64,000 nt of DNA from Blastocystis sp. Blastoise (Eukaryota > Protista > Bigyra: Opalinata): assembly GCA_039096225.1 (NCBI GenBank), contig JBBPEB010000002.1, forward strand, positions 372,001 through 436,000, given 5' to 3'. The first letter of the stretch is position 1. Every line of letters begins with the position of its first letter. The notes below the pieces were generated by a model. It saw only the letters and a list, made by a program, of their open reading frames with translations, made no database searches and was not told the origin of the DNA. A program made the translations under genes and the position numbers. This document shows positions 29,824-46,188 of the stretch, piece by piece.

Positions 29824-31567
29824 ATAATATAGAATAAAAATACATAAATGAAAGTAAAATAGTAGGAATAATGAGTCAGTATGATGTGTAAGGATATATT
29901 TATATATGTATAAGTGAAAAAGGATGCTAGAAGAAGGGAAAAGAAGTAAAAAAGAATAAAAGAGAAAGAAATATAAAGTAAATGAGATAGGGTCTTTAAT
30001 TATTGAGATTAATAAAAAAAATGAAAAATAATTTATAATAAATGACAAAGATAGATATATAGAGATCTATAATAATAAGGAATGCAGAAGAGAAGAGGAT
30101 TAGAGGATAAAGAATAAGAAGAAGATAAGGAAGATAAGGAAGAAGATAAGGAAGATAAGGAAGAATAAGAAGAAGATAAGGAAGAAGATAAGGAAGATAA
30201 GGAAGAATAAGAAGAAGATAAGGAAGAATAAGAAGAAGAAAAGAAGAATAGGAAGAAGATAAGGAAGATAAGGAAGAAGAAGAAAAGAAGAATAGGAAGA
30301 AGATAAGGAAGAAGAAGAAGAATAGGAAGAAGAATAAGAAGATAAGGAAGAATAAGAAGAATAAGAAGATAAGGAAGATAAGGAAGAAGAAGAAGAAGAT
30401 AAGGAAGAAGAAGAAAAGAAGAATAGGAAGAAGAAAAAGAAAAGAAGAATAGGAAGAAGATAAGGAAGAAGAAGAAGAATAGGAAGAAGAATAAGAAGAT
30501 AAGGAAGATAAGGAAGAATAAGAAGAAGATAAGGAAGAAGAAGAAAAGAAGAATAGGAAGAAGATAAGGAAGAAGAAGAAGAATAGGAAGAAGAATAAGA
30601 AGATAAGGAAGATAAGGAAGAATAAGAAGAAGGAAATGAATAATGACAACAAGAAGATGAAGAATAAATAGAATAATGATAAGAAAGAATAAATAGATTA
30701 ATAAGAGAACAAGAGGATGAATGTGAAGAAGAGACAAGGAAGGAGGTGAAAAAAAGAAAGAAAAGTAAGATAAAGAATAGGAAGAAGATATACAAGAAAA
30801 TGAAGAAGAAGAGAAAGAAAAGAAAAGAAGAATAAACAAGAAACATATATAGAGAAACAGAAAGATATAAAGAAATAAAAGAGATAGATAGATAGATAGA
30901 TAGATAGAGAGAAAAAAAAATACAAAGATATAAATAGATAGATACACTAATAGATGAATAGAAAGAAAGAAGAAAAGAGAGACATAAAGAAGAAATTAGA
31001 TAGAAAGAGATAGAATTCTATATAGAATGAGAGATATACAAAAGAAATCAAATGAAATAGAGAATAAGATAAAAATAGATACAAGAATAAAGATAAAAAG
31101 AGAAATAGAGGAGTAGGGAAGGTGTATAAAAAAGAAAGAATATAAAGATAGGTAGAGAGGAATTGAGAAGGATAGAGAAGGAGGAGGAAAACAGATAGAA
31201 TTGGAAGACGAAGAAAAGAAGATGAGACGAAGAAGGGAGAAAAAAGGAGCAGGAAGTGAATATCAAGAAAGATAAATTTATATAGAAAAAAATTAGAAAG
31301 AAAAATACATACAAAGAAAACGATAGGGAATGATAGAGAGAATTATAATTTGAATGACATAGAGAGAAGGAGAGACAAAGCAAGATAAAGAAGTATAATA
31401 GAAAAAACAAAGAAGAAAAAAAAGAAGAATAAAAAAAGAAAAGATAGAACAATAGTATATGAGAGAAGAAAGAGACAGAAAGAAAACGGGAAATAGGGTA
31501 GAGACATAGAAGGTAATAAAATATATAGAAGGGGAGAGGGGATTGAGATAAATAAATAGATAGATAT

Positions 31568-31640
<73 letters not shown>

Positions 31641-33650
31641 GATAGAAGAATACCGAAAGATATAGAGAAGGAGATAAATATTAATAAAAAGGAAAATATG
31701 GATAGAGAGGAGATAGAATCAAACAGAGAAGGAGAAGTAGATAAAAGTCGATTGAGGGAAGAGAGAAGTAGATTAAAATAAAAACAAATAGCAAGAGTTA
31801 AAAGGAAGAAGGGAAGAATATAGAATGATTTGAAGAATGAGATGTATATAGAAGTGAATAGAAGGAAATAGAGAAGGAGAAGTAGATAGAAAAGATTAAA
31901 AATAGAAGGAGATAGAAAGATAAGAGAATGATATAGATACAATAGAATGAGATAGAGAAGATAAAGTAGATAGAAATGGATAGAAATAAGAAAAATAAAT
32001 AGGATAAGAGAGAAAGAGAGATAAAAGGATATAAAAGGATATAGAAGGAGAGAAAACGGATTGAGATGTAGTAAGATGGAAGGATGTAGATGGAAATAGA
32101 GAAGTAGATAGAAGATGATGGAGAATAAAGAGGAGATAGAAGAGGAGATAGAAGGAGAAAAAGAAGAAGAGGAAGTAAATTAAGTTAGAAGGAGATATAA
32201 TAAGATAGAGAAGTAGATATACGTAGATATAAGGAAATATACGAAGATATAAGTAGATAAGAGAAAATAGAAGGAAATAGAGAATGAGATTGAGACACAT
32301 AAATGAGGTAGAATGAGATAGATAAGGATAGAGAAATATGAAGAGAAATATAGGAATACAGAGAGATAGAATGATGTTGAAAGAGAAAGAAAAGGAAAGA
32401 CTGAAGATTGAGACAGAAGGAGTAGCTGAGATAAAAGGAAGATAGAGAAGGAAATTGAAAGATGAAGGAAGAAGGAGAGAAGATGAAAGAAGAAGAATAT
32501 AGAAGAAGATAGAGAATGAGATAATAGGGATAGAAAGAGAAAAATAGGAAAAAAGATGGTTAGAAGAAAATAGAAAAGGAGAAAGAAGGAGAGATAGAAG
32601 GAGAAATAGAAGGATATAAAAGAGATTAAGAAAGAAGTTAGAGACAAGAAGATATAGATATATAGAAAGAAATAAAAGGATTAAATAGAAGATTAAGATA
32701 GAAGAAAAGAGACAAAATAGAAGTAGATATAACAATATAGAGAATGAAAGGATAGAAATAAAAATAGAAAATAGATAACTAGAACATAAGAATATATAAT
32801 AATAGAGAGAAGGAGAGAGAGAAAAAAAAGTAGATATAAAGTGGAAAAGGAGACATAGAAGGAAATATAAAAGGAAACAAGAAGGTAGAAAGAGACATAT
32901 AAGATAAAATAGACAGGGACAGAGAGAAATAAATGGAAAAAGAATAAGGATAAAGATGGATACGAGAATAGAGAGGGAGAGAAGGAAGATTGAGATAGAA
33001 TTATACAGAAAGAGGAGAGAAGGAAGATAAAGAAGGAAAATAGGGCAGTAAAAAAAAGGGAATCAGAAGGAGGAGAGAAGAAGTATGAGAAGAATAGAAA
33101 GAAGTAAGAGGAGGAAGGCAAATAATAGAAGAGAACTATATATATAATAAATAGTGATATAAATATAAATAAGAAGATGAAGATCTGAAAAAAGCAAAGA
33201 ATTATATGGAGAAGAAGAAGAAGAAGAAGAGGAAGAGGAAGAAAAGGAGGGTATACACTAATACATGTCGAGGAAAAAGAAGTATAGAATAAGGAGAAGA
33301 GGATAACAGGATAAAAGAAAAAGACATAACGAAATACAATGTAAATAGAATAGTGATTAAGAAAGAGTAATGAAAGAGTGATATAAAAGGGAAGCGAAGA
33401 TAAGAGAGAGGTATAATTAAAAAAAAGAAAAATAAAGGAATTTAGATAGAAGAAAAAATAAAAGAAAAATGAAGATCTGAGGAAGATAATGAATCAAAGG
33501 GAGAGACAAGGATATAGGCTGGAGACAAGGCATAGGAAGAAGTAATAAAGAAAGAAGATGAAGAAATAAGGAGATAAAAGTGTAGAAGGAAGAAAATGAA
33601 GAAGAGAGAAGAAGGAATCATTTTGTGTAAGAAGAAGAAATAAAGAAGAA
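29824..33650. repeat. ~3.8 kb low-complexity tract, almost all A/G on + with C nearly absent; includes a compound GAA/GAT/AAG array (~30110-30630) and (GATA)n (~31569-31638)
   Basis: Directly visible composition. The long S/F/L ORFs on - are by-products of it. Confidence 0.9.
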
Positions 33651-35645
33651 CTAGATAATAAATAAATAAATAAATAAATAAATAAACATACCTAATAGAA
33701 AAAAATGAATTTGGTGATGTTGAGTCATAGGGAAAGATAACCAACAGAAACAGTAGAAAACAACCTAAATAAATAAATAATAATAAATAAAAATATAAAA
33801 ATAATGAAAATAAATAATAAAATGAATTAGATTCTAATTTAAGAAAAAACAAAAAGAAAGCTAATAATAGATAGAATGAATATACGATAAGTACTCTATT
33901 ATATAATACTTAAAAATATAACAAAGAAAAAAATTAGAGATAATTATAAAAATAAATAAATACATATATACTTTGAAAGTAGTTTGACATCATAGACGTT
34001 GTTGACATGGACTGAAGAGGACTCTTATAACCATGGACGAGCAGGAACCTATACATGCTAGAGAATGGGAGAATGTTAATATTGATAAAGAATAAAAAAT
34101 AGTAATATACATACAAGAGAATAATCTGAAGTTAAAATCAACTTCTATTTTTTAAAATAACAGCTAATAAAAATAAAATAAAAATAAAGAAAATAAGTAA
34201 CAAATGAAAATATTTTCTAAGTTAATAGGCTCAATAGCGTATGGGTGTATTCAGGTCTTAAAAGAAAAATCATTTTTGCGGGAATATCAAGAAACTCAAA
34301 AAAAGTATTTTTTCCCTCCTTTTTTCACTGTCACTTTTCTTTAATATTTTTGACTTTTTAGTATTAAAAACGATTCTTACAGGCATGTATAGAGACTCTA
34401 TACCACTTTTGAGACTAAAAATCAAATATTTAAAAATGAGTGAAAAATCTTGACTAGCAAGAAAAACAATTATGTGAAGCTGAGTATGTTGTGTATACAC
34501 ATATCTAACAACAGAGATGATAAAAACACACAACTCCTCTTGGTTTAGGACATAATTATGAATTCTCTCAAAAAAGCTATTTTAAACCTTAAAACGATAC
34601 CCTGAACTATAAATCAAGTCCTGAATGATATTCTAAAGTCATATTTTTAAAAACAGGTTTAATGACGATAATCAATAAACAAAAACAAGAGCTTCCGTTT
34701 TACTTTTCTTTTTTGAATTTTTAATTGTTTTGACTTTCTAGGGTAGTTGGCTGAAAGAAATGTTGTCGTCTTTAGGCTAAAAAATGATGAATAAAAAAGT
34801 CAAGTCATTTTATTGTTTTTTCCTTGGGAAATAAAAAAGAAGAAATTTTTAGGTGTGTTTTGGTTTAGGCTGTATAATGGTTTTTATTGTAAAAGGACTT
34901 GACGAGAATGATTGAAATGATAATACATCACTCAGAGAACACACAACTTTAAAAAATTTGTCACTCATGTAATCCATTCCTGAATTATAGACTTCAGAGA
35001 AAAAATTAAAGTCTTTTTGGTTTTAAACAGTCATTTTAAATCATAAAACACTGTAAAATAGTCAATATTTAGAATGTCTATGATTATATAAATAAACAAT
35101 ATATTTTGTAGAGTTATTTTTAAGTTTTTCTCGTCAAAAAGAGAGAAACTTGACAAGTTGGCGGACACTCTTTTCTCGAGTTTAGGCCAACGTATTTTTG
35201 ATTAAAAAATCCCAGTCATTTTGTTGTTTCTCTTACGGGAAATAGGGTCAAAAAAACACAAAATGTCCATAGTGAATATTTATATTAAATTCATCAAGTG
35301 TAAAGGTATAAGTTACTTCTACTAAAGTCACGAATGTTGTGTATTCAATGAAACAGATAAAGATATTACAAATAGTCAACAGTTGACAAAATTTTAAACT
35401 TATAATCCGTTATTATATCTACAACAAATACACTAAACCTTAAACCCTACAATATTCGACCCCAACAACAAAGAGAATGAAGAAGACAGATTAGTAAACA
35501 AAAAGAAGAGAAACAAATAAGAAAAAACAGTAAATATACTGAAAAATTTAAATAAATTGAGAATAATAAAAACTATATATAGAATTAATAATATAAATAT
35601 TTATAGAATTCATTTAAAATAATAATATAATAAATGTATTATTAT

Positions 35646-38257
<2,612 letters not shown>

Positions 38258-38625
38258 TTATATTCTTTATATATTCAAAATATTATATTCTAATATATAT
38301 TTATTTATCCTATTATTATATATACATACGATTGAATGGAATATTATTATATTATCGATTCTTTTCATATTTTTTACTTTTATTCTATTTCTTCCCTTGA
38401 TTCTTTTATCATTATTTTTTTCTTTTGACTTTTTGCTTATCTTTCTATATTCATGGTTCTTTTACATTTTTCACTCTATTATTCTTTCTTTTCCATTATT
38501 TTTTTAAACATTAATTCAATATTCATATTTTTATTATTTTAATAATAAATATATATATATTATATTATTTTTGATGTATATTAATATATTTTATATATAA
38601 ATATAATAAAATTTATATAGAAAAT

Positions 38626-39299
38626 ATGGCTTTAAATATAGAATATTGTGATGTTTGTGGTTTACCACCTGAATATTGTGAATATGGTCCTTGTTTTGAT
38701 TTATGTAAACCATGGTTAAAAGAAACTCATCTTGATTTATATCCAGAATTATCAAGTATAGAATTTACTCAAGAACAAATTGAAGCTACACAAGAAGCAA
38801 TAGCTAAACGAGCTAAAATATCTCAGCCATTAAGAAAGAAGTCTAAGAAAGATACTGGTGTAAAAGAATTAATATTTACAATAAAAAGTCGTCAGAAACA
38901 TAAATATATTACAATTGTAACAGGATTAGATTTATGGGATGTAAAAATAAAAGAAGCTTGTAAAACATTTGGTAAAAAGTTTTCTTGTGGTGTTTCAACA
39001 GAAAAGAGTGCTGATGGAAAAGATGAAGTTCATGTTCAAGGAGATATTCGTGATGAATTAGCAGATCTTATTAATGAATTATATGATGTATTTATTTTTA
39101 TTTTTATTTTTATTTTTTATTTTATTTTTATTTATTATTGATAAACTATTATTATTATTTTTATTTTTATTTTTATTTTTATTTATTATTTTTATTTTTA
39201 TTTTTATTTTTATTTATTAATGATAACTATTATTATATATAGATACCACTTGAAAATATGTTCTTTGTTGAAAAGAATAAGAAAACTTGTATGGCTTAA
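38626..39299 (+). CDS. DENR: DENR/Tma22, copy 2
   Basis: ORF identical to 22893-23408, plus last exon IPLENMFFVEKNKKTCMA*. Confidence 0.93.
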
Positions 39300-39844
39300 A
39301 ATTATTATATAACATTATTTCTAATGTTATTTAAATAATAATAATAATAACTATTATTATTATTATTATTATTATTCTATAAATTTATAATTTTTAATAA
39401 TGTTTTGTTATATTATATTATATATATATATATATTCTTTATTAATAATAATTACCAATAAATAATAAAATAATATATTATTATACATTTTAATAATCAA
39501 TACTAAATGATTTTTATAATAAAATTAAAATAAGATTCTTATAAAATTATAATTATAAAAAAAACAAAAATTTATTTTATTCAATTCTTTATAAATCAAA
39601 AAAAAAATAATAGTAATAATAATGAAAAAGAAAACTGTACGAAAATTTTTATCATTTTATTATTTATTATTATTATATATAATAGTTATTTTTATTCTAT
39701 TTAGTCTTTATATTATTATTATTAATATCTTTATGTATTTATTTATAAATTATTATGTATCTTATAAAGAGATGACTGATTGACTTTTCCATTTAATTTC
39801 TATATTTTTATTAAAATTATATTATATAGATTTAATAGACAATA

Positions 39845-40072
39845 ATGACTGGAATTTCTAATCTTTCAAGTATTTTTATTGGTTTTATTGGTGGTCTTTA
39901 TGTTGCACAAAATTATCAAGTTCCAGATATCAAAGTATGGGTTCAACAAGCACTTCATGTTGTATATATATTTATTTATATATTTTAATTATTATTATAG
40001 GCAAATCATTTAGAAAATCAATATAAAAAAACTAATTTAGATAATAATAATAATAATAATAAAAATGAATAA
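39845..40072 (+). CDS. STMP1: STMP1-like, copy 2
   Basis: ATG at 39845, GGLYVAQNYQVPDI, one intron, TAA at 40070-40072. Confidence 0.8.
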
Positions 40073-40262
40073 AATATATGTAAATTTATTGTTTTTATTA
40101 TTTTTGTTTTGTTTTATTATAAAAATTTTAAAAATAAAGAAAATAATAATTATTTTTTAATATATATATTTAATAACAAAACAATTTTTTTTTCTCTTAT
40201 TATTGTAGTTATATTCGATGAAGAAAAAACAATTTACATCTTTCTTAGATGAATTAAATGGT

Positions 40263-40819
40263 TTACCAGTCATCATCATCATCACCACCGAAGAGACCAC
40301 CAGCACCACCTAAGTCTTCTTCTTCTTCTTCTTCTTCTTCTTCTTCCTTCTTTTCTTCAGCAGGAGCATCAGTAGAAGCAGCAGCGGCACCAGCAGCAGC
40401 AGGAGCAGCAGCAGCAGAAACTCCAGAAGCGATCATATCAAGAACGTTCTTTCCTTCAAGATGAGAAGCAAAGATAGCAGTCCAATAAGAATCGACTTTG
40501 TTACCACTCTTTTCAATAAGAGTATCAAGGTTTTCCTTCTATATATATATATATATATTATAAAATTAATACTAATAATAATAATAAAAAATAATAATAA
40601 TAATAAATTAACAATTTAATAATATTATTTTCATTTAAAACAATTATATTCAATCTTATTAAATCATTTATATTTTAAATATCATTATTATTATTCAATT
40701 TTCTATCAATTATAATAACTACTTACGGAAGTAGCAACGCTACCATCAGCACAGATAAGAGCAGCAAGGGAAACGATGAGTTCTTCCTTTTCGACAACAG
40801 ATAATTCACTAAGAGACAT
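40263..40819 (-). CDS. RPLP1: 60S acidic ribosomal protein P1, copy 2 (Glu tract 10 versus 8 in copy 1)
   Basis: Inverted copy of 21221-21771 with two extra GAA codons. Confidence 0.93.
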
Positions 40820-41970
40820 TTTCTTCAGCTATACAAATTATTTATTATTTTATATTCTATTTTTATTTTTTATATTATCTACATATATCAACTATTATAT
40901 TTATTATTATATTATTTACCTGAATCAATTTAAGCTATAAAGCAGACACAGTAGTAAGAGTATTTTATCTTTTCATACAAAAATGAATGGACTTCTTTTC
41001 ATTCTTATTTATATTATTTCCAGGTTTATTTATCTATTTAGCCTTCTTTTTATCTATTTATCACGATTATTACCATTCTTACCCTTTCTTACCTTCAGTC
41101 TTATGTTCAAACATCTATTCATTTTTCTTATTTATCATCAAATATTCATTCATTATCACTTTACATTCTTTTTTTTTATATTTTTCTTTTTTTCTTGAAA
41201 TTTTTACGATTATTATTATTCTTTTATATTTTATTTATTTATTATTTAATATAAAAACAATTCAATTGAATTCATTCATATTTCATTATATATTCTCTAT
41301 TTTATTCTATTTATCTTCATAATAACATTTTTATCATTATTATTTAATTAATCCAAACTTATTCTTCTTCTTTTTTCAATATTCTATTTCTTATTCACAT
41401 ATAAAATCATTCTAATACTTTTTATACAATAAATATTTTTTCTTATCTTCAAAATTATTTTTCTATTCTTCAAAATATTCATTATTTTTTATCATATACT
41501 AACAATCTTTTATTTTAATATTCATTAATCTTCTTTTTATTTACTTTTCATTTATAAATTATATTTTTTTTTCCAATTTATTCTTCATTATATAAATATT
41601 TTAATCATTTTATATATAATTATCTCTTTTTTTTTTAATTCTCGGTTATTGTTATATGTTCATATTATTTATATATATATTTTTTTGTGTAATAAGATTA
41701 TTTTTTTCAATTTTTAAAATTAGATCACTAATTTTATAAAGAAATGCTCACCGATATACAATAATTCATGTGTAGTTTAAAGTGATTCATAAACCGATTG
41801 ATATTCTTTTTGTACACTCATTTAACAAAAGACACAGTTTTTAAAAGTAGCGTAAACAATAAAAACCTCTAACCGCGGGGAATTGTTTTGAGTAGCTATA
41901 AATATGATTTTTTCATATGCTTTTAAACTATCTGTCTTCATTTCAATTTTCGTTATAGATATTTGTAGCT

Positions 41971-43483
41971 ATGGGTTCTCCACCTGTTATTCTTGTTGCT
42001 GGTTCTGAAAAAAGTGGGAAAACAAGTATTATAGATGTTGTCTTCAGAAAAATATCTGCATATAAAACCTATTACCAAGAAACTACTAAGACTCTTCAGC
42101 GTCAAGAAGTTCATCACAACCCTTTATTTCAATATGATGTGTGTGAACTGCCTAGTAATCCATTAGAAACAACACGTGATGGAATTCACTTGAATCCAAC
42201 CTATAAATCACAACTCGCTAATGTCAAATTACTTATATATATAATTGATCTTGATAAATATTCGTCAAGGTCAGATCCATTTGGAAGTAAAAATACTTTC
42301 AACTTTCGTGAATTACTTCCTGAATTACTTGAATGCAATAATGATTTACTTGTGTCTATCTTTTTACATAAAACTGATATTAATATGTCATCAGAACAAT
42401 TATCAAATATTCAAAAGTCTGTTCAAGCTACAGTATCTGATATATATTCAACACTTGATATAAGTCCATCTACTTCTTATTCACGTACATGTGTATTTGA
42501 TTATAGTATTTCTGAAGCTATTAGTAAAGTTATACAAAGACTTATTCCTCATAGACCTGTTCTACTTGCTTTATTAAACTCATTCTCTCAAGTATATATA
42601 TATAACATTTAATTATTATCAAAGTAACAAATCTTTTTCTTGTATAATATATATATATATACTCCTCGTTACAATACTTTATATAAATCAATATATACAT
42701 ATACTCCTTATTCAAATACTTTATATATTAAAAGTTATGAATTATTACTTTGTATAGAGTAGTAATATCGAGAAGGTTTATATATTTGATACATATTGTA
42801 AGATATGTTTAGCTCAAGATTCGACTCCAAGTGATATAGGAATGTATGAGTTATGTAGAGATAATATAGAAGTTATTAGTGATATTCATAATATATATAA
42901 TGTAGATATGAATACAAATAATAATGAAATGAATTCAGAAGGAATTCATTCTGAAGATACAAATAATCATTCTTCTAATAAATCTGTTAATAGCATTACT
43001 AAGTATTTATATATTATTACATTTATTATGTTTTTAATGTAAATATAGATTATATATGTTAATTATTATTATACATTTATTATATATTTTTAATTTAAAT
43101 ATAGATTATATATGTTTATTATTATACATATATTATATATTTTTAATATAAAATTATATATAAAATAGATTAGAGCGTTCGCATTCCACTCTTGGTATAT
43201 ATGTATATCCCTGTATTTCGAATACAGTTATTGTTAGTATACTTAGAGAAGAACATTTCAATAAACTTGGTATTTTTTATTTTTATTTATTTATTATAAT
43301 TTGTATTTTTATTTGTTTTGCTATGTGTTGCAATACTATTTGTTCAAGTCTATATTAATATATAAATTCATTTTTAAAACTATGTATATATTCATGTTTA
43401 TATAAATATATATAGGTTTGATTCAATATAATTTACAACAATTAAATGAATCCATTCAAAAACTAGCTACTTTAGAAAACTAA
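41971..43483 (+). CDS. GTR2: Rag GTPase RagC/D (Gtr2)-like, divergent, 4 exons
   Basis: GSEKSGKTSI..VVFRKISAYKTYYQETT, IFLHKTD, TCVFDYSISEAISKVIQRLIP, IEKVYIFD..KICLAQDSTP.D..MYELCRDNIEV, GLIQYN. Confidence 0.82.
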
Positions 43484-44345
43484 GTTTGTCTTTTTTTTAA
43501 TCTATTTTCTTTGATTTAAAAATTTCTTGATATATATTTTTCAATTTATTTTCTTTTCTTTTTCTTCTCTCTTGTAATCATTATTATGAATCGTAACTCG
43601 TTTCTTAAACTTCATTTTTGATGTTGTATCTCCTGGCTATTTACATATTTGAATTTTCTATCTGATTAATTTCATATTAAACGATTAACTGAATACCAAT
43701 ATTTTTTATAAACAAAAAAAATGTTTAAATTCTTTTTAATTGGACTTCTTATTGTACAAATCAATTCCTTTTTAATTGAAGAATAAAGGAGCATATCATT
43801 AAAATATCTACACCACCACTGCAACAACGTTCAGTCGAATTTAAAAAATGAATTATGTCTTATATTCAAAAGATATACACATATCTAAATGCTCACCATG
43901 ATTTCTATATAAAATCATAATTTTTGTAATGAATAGTTTCTTTATTTTCCAATTAATACACCAATAGTGATCACAATTCATGAAAGAAAGCCAAATATAA
44001 ATCCATTTTTTGCTAGATCATCACTGGCTTATATTAAAAAAGTATTCAATGTACGAATTACTTAGAACTCTCGAGAGTTGAACAAAATGAATAAAGAAAA
44101 AGAGACGGTTTCTGTTATAGAACTGAAATTATAAAAAATACGTTGTTTTCAGAGAGAGAATCCTGAGAATCTGATAATATAAATAGAATCATGATTTTTT
44201 ATTGATAAACAAGCAAGAAAGACAGTTGTTTCCAGAATAAAAAATGATTCCTGAAAAGATAGTGAGAAAAAGCTAAAATTTATATTTTTTATAAAATATA
44301 CATATACTCTTGCTTATTTACATATTATATTCATAAATATACACA

Positions 44346-44888
44346 ATGCCGGTATCAATTAGTTTAGATGAAGCGTTACAAAACCTTCGTGCGATGTTTC
44401 CTCAATTTGATAGTGAGTTTCTTGTTGATATCTTAAAACAGAACCGTGGATACTCATGAATTATTGTCTTGATAAAAAATAAAAACTAACGAACACATAC
44501 TTTTTAGGTGGAAATGTTGATAATACAGTTACGATGCTTTTAGCTCTTTCTCAAGATGTTGCACCTCCAGGTCAAGATAAAGTAGCTAAAAAGCAACGAA
44601 AAGAAGTAGAGGATATAGAATTTGAATTCGGTTTAGATTTACATCGTGAGTGGAAAAAGCCTGTTCCAAAAGGATTCTTACGGGTATTTGTTTCTTTATT
44701 ATGTTTATTGTGTTTATGATATTATAGTTTGGTGATGATCAAGATCTTGATGAATTATTAGCAATCGTAAATATTTTTTAGATCCATTTATTTTTCTCAT
44801 TATATATATTATATTATATTATTATATTTATTGCTATATCTTGATAGTATACATTTATTATTATTTATAATGACATTATGTAATAATG

Positions 44889-44936
<48 letters not shown>

Positions 44937-45198
44937 TAATAATAATAATAATAATAAATATAATAATAATAATAATAAATATAGCAACTTCAGCGTTCCA
45001 TGTATGAAGAAGCTAAGAATTCTTCGTCTGCTCCTTTGGGATATGGTTCTGGAGAATCGACTTATGATCCCACATATCATGCTGGCCCTGATTCTATTGG
45101 ATATATGCCTATGTTATTATTATGTTAGTTATTATAATTATTTTTATTTTTATACTTATTATTAATATTTATATACTTCTTATTATTATCATTTATAA

Positions 45199-45271
<73 letters not shown>

Positions 45272-45679
45272 AATGTTCTAATTAGTTTTATACTTTCTTT
45301 TATCTAAAGAATATATCTCTTTTATTTGAATTCTACGTTTATATATATGCCTAAATATAAATTTGATAATTCGAATAATAAAACATTAATGGATGAAGTT
45401 AAAGAATCATCAAAAAAATTAAAACATACATTTGTGAAATTATTTCATATTAATCAAAAAATCAAAACTGCTGAAGAAAAAGATATTAATATTAGAGGTA
45501 TCTTTTTTTTTCTTTTTTGATAAATATTTATTGAAAATTCTTTTTTTTTACGATTTGTATTTGAAAATCTATATTTCATAGGACAACCTGGTGAAACTGA
45601 AATGGTTACTATGAAACGTAAAGGGAAAAAGAGGTACATGGCTGTATCTACTCAAGACAGTGATGATGAAAAACTATAA
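44346..45679 (+). CDS. CUE-domain (ubiquitin-binding) protein, multi-exon; internal exon structure approximate
   Basis: EALQNLRAMFPQFDSEFLVDILKQN-GNVDNTVTMLL carries the MFP and LL CUE motifs. Confidence 0.75.
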
Positions 45680-46188
45680 AATAATAAATTTGTTGCATAT
45701 TTGTCTTTTGAGCAGTTTATAAAAATGATTTTTATTATGAGAATAGAATTATATTGTTGCTTTTTCTAATCTATTCTTTTTATAAGCATTTTTTTTTTGA
45801 TTTTTTAATTCAAAATTATTCCTGTCTAGTGAATATCTGTATAATACATTGTTTGATAATAGCTGAACATTTTGTTTTGAATTCCTTTTGTTTTGAATTG
45901 TGCACATTGTCTAGTATAAGATGGTTTTGCTTGATGAATTCTTTAGGTTCTCTTGTTCACAACATATTCATATAATTATATCAATAAATAAATAAAAAGT
46001 TTTGACTTTTTCTTTTGGAAAACAAAAAATTATGAAAGAAAGCATTTTACAGTGAGGAAATCTATAATAATCTTGAAGATAACAAAATATAATCTTTTTT
46101 ATGTTGTCTTTTTAGGTTTTTTAAGTATTTCTTACCAATCTTTCTTTTATACATACTATATTTTAAAGGATAAATATAGATTATAAGA

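Larger units (their letters stand above)
26596..35424. other. Unique ~8.8 kb core of the palindrome with no recognisable protein gene; possibly a non-autonomous TIR element, lncRNA locus or centromere-like core
   Basis: Bounded by the inverted arms. Contains a 16-bp subterminal inverted match, tandem repeats, ORF-less spliced exons and a tRNA-like fold. Confidence 0.6.

Noticed and set aside
30110-30630. Plus-strand E/D/K-rich ORF with TAA/TAG reassigned (alternative code, with the neighbouring cloverleaf as a UUA suppressor)
   Set aside because: The repeat unit GAAGAAGAAAAGAAGAATAG shifts frame repeatedly, host genes end in TAA, and TTA is off-centre in the anticodon loop. An old C-to-T-eroded ORF cannot be fully excluded.
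29996-33852. Long minus-strand ORFs rich in Ser/Phe/Leu/Ile as membrane proteins
   Set aside because: They overlap in all three frames and arise because a pyrimidine-rich strand rarely forms stop codons. No family motif is present.
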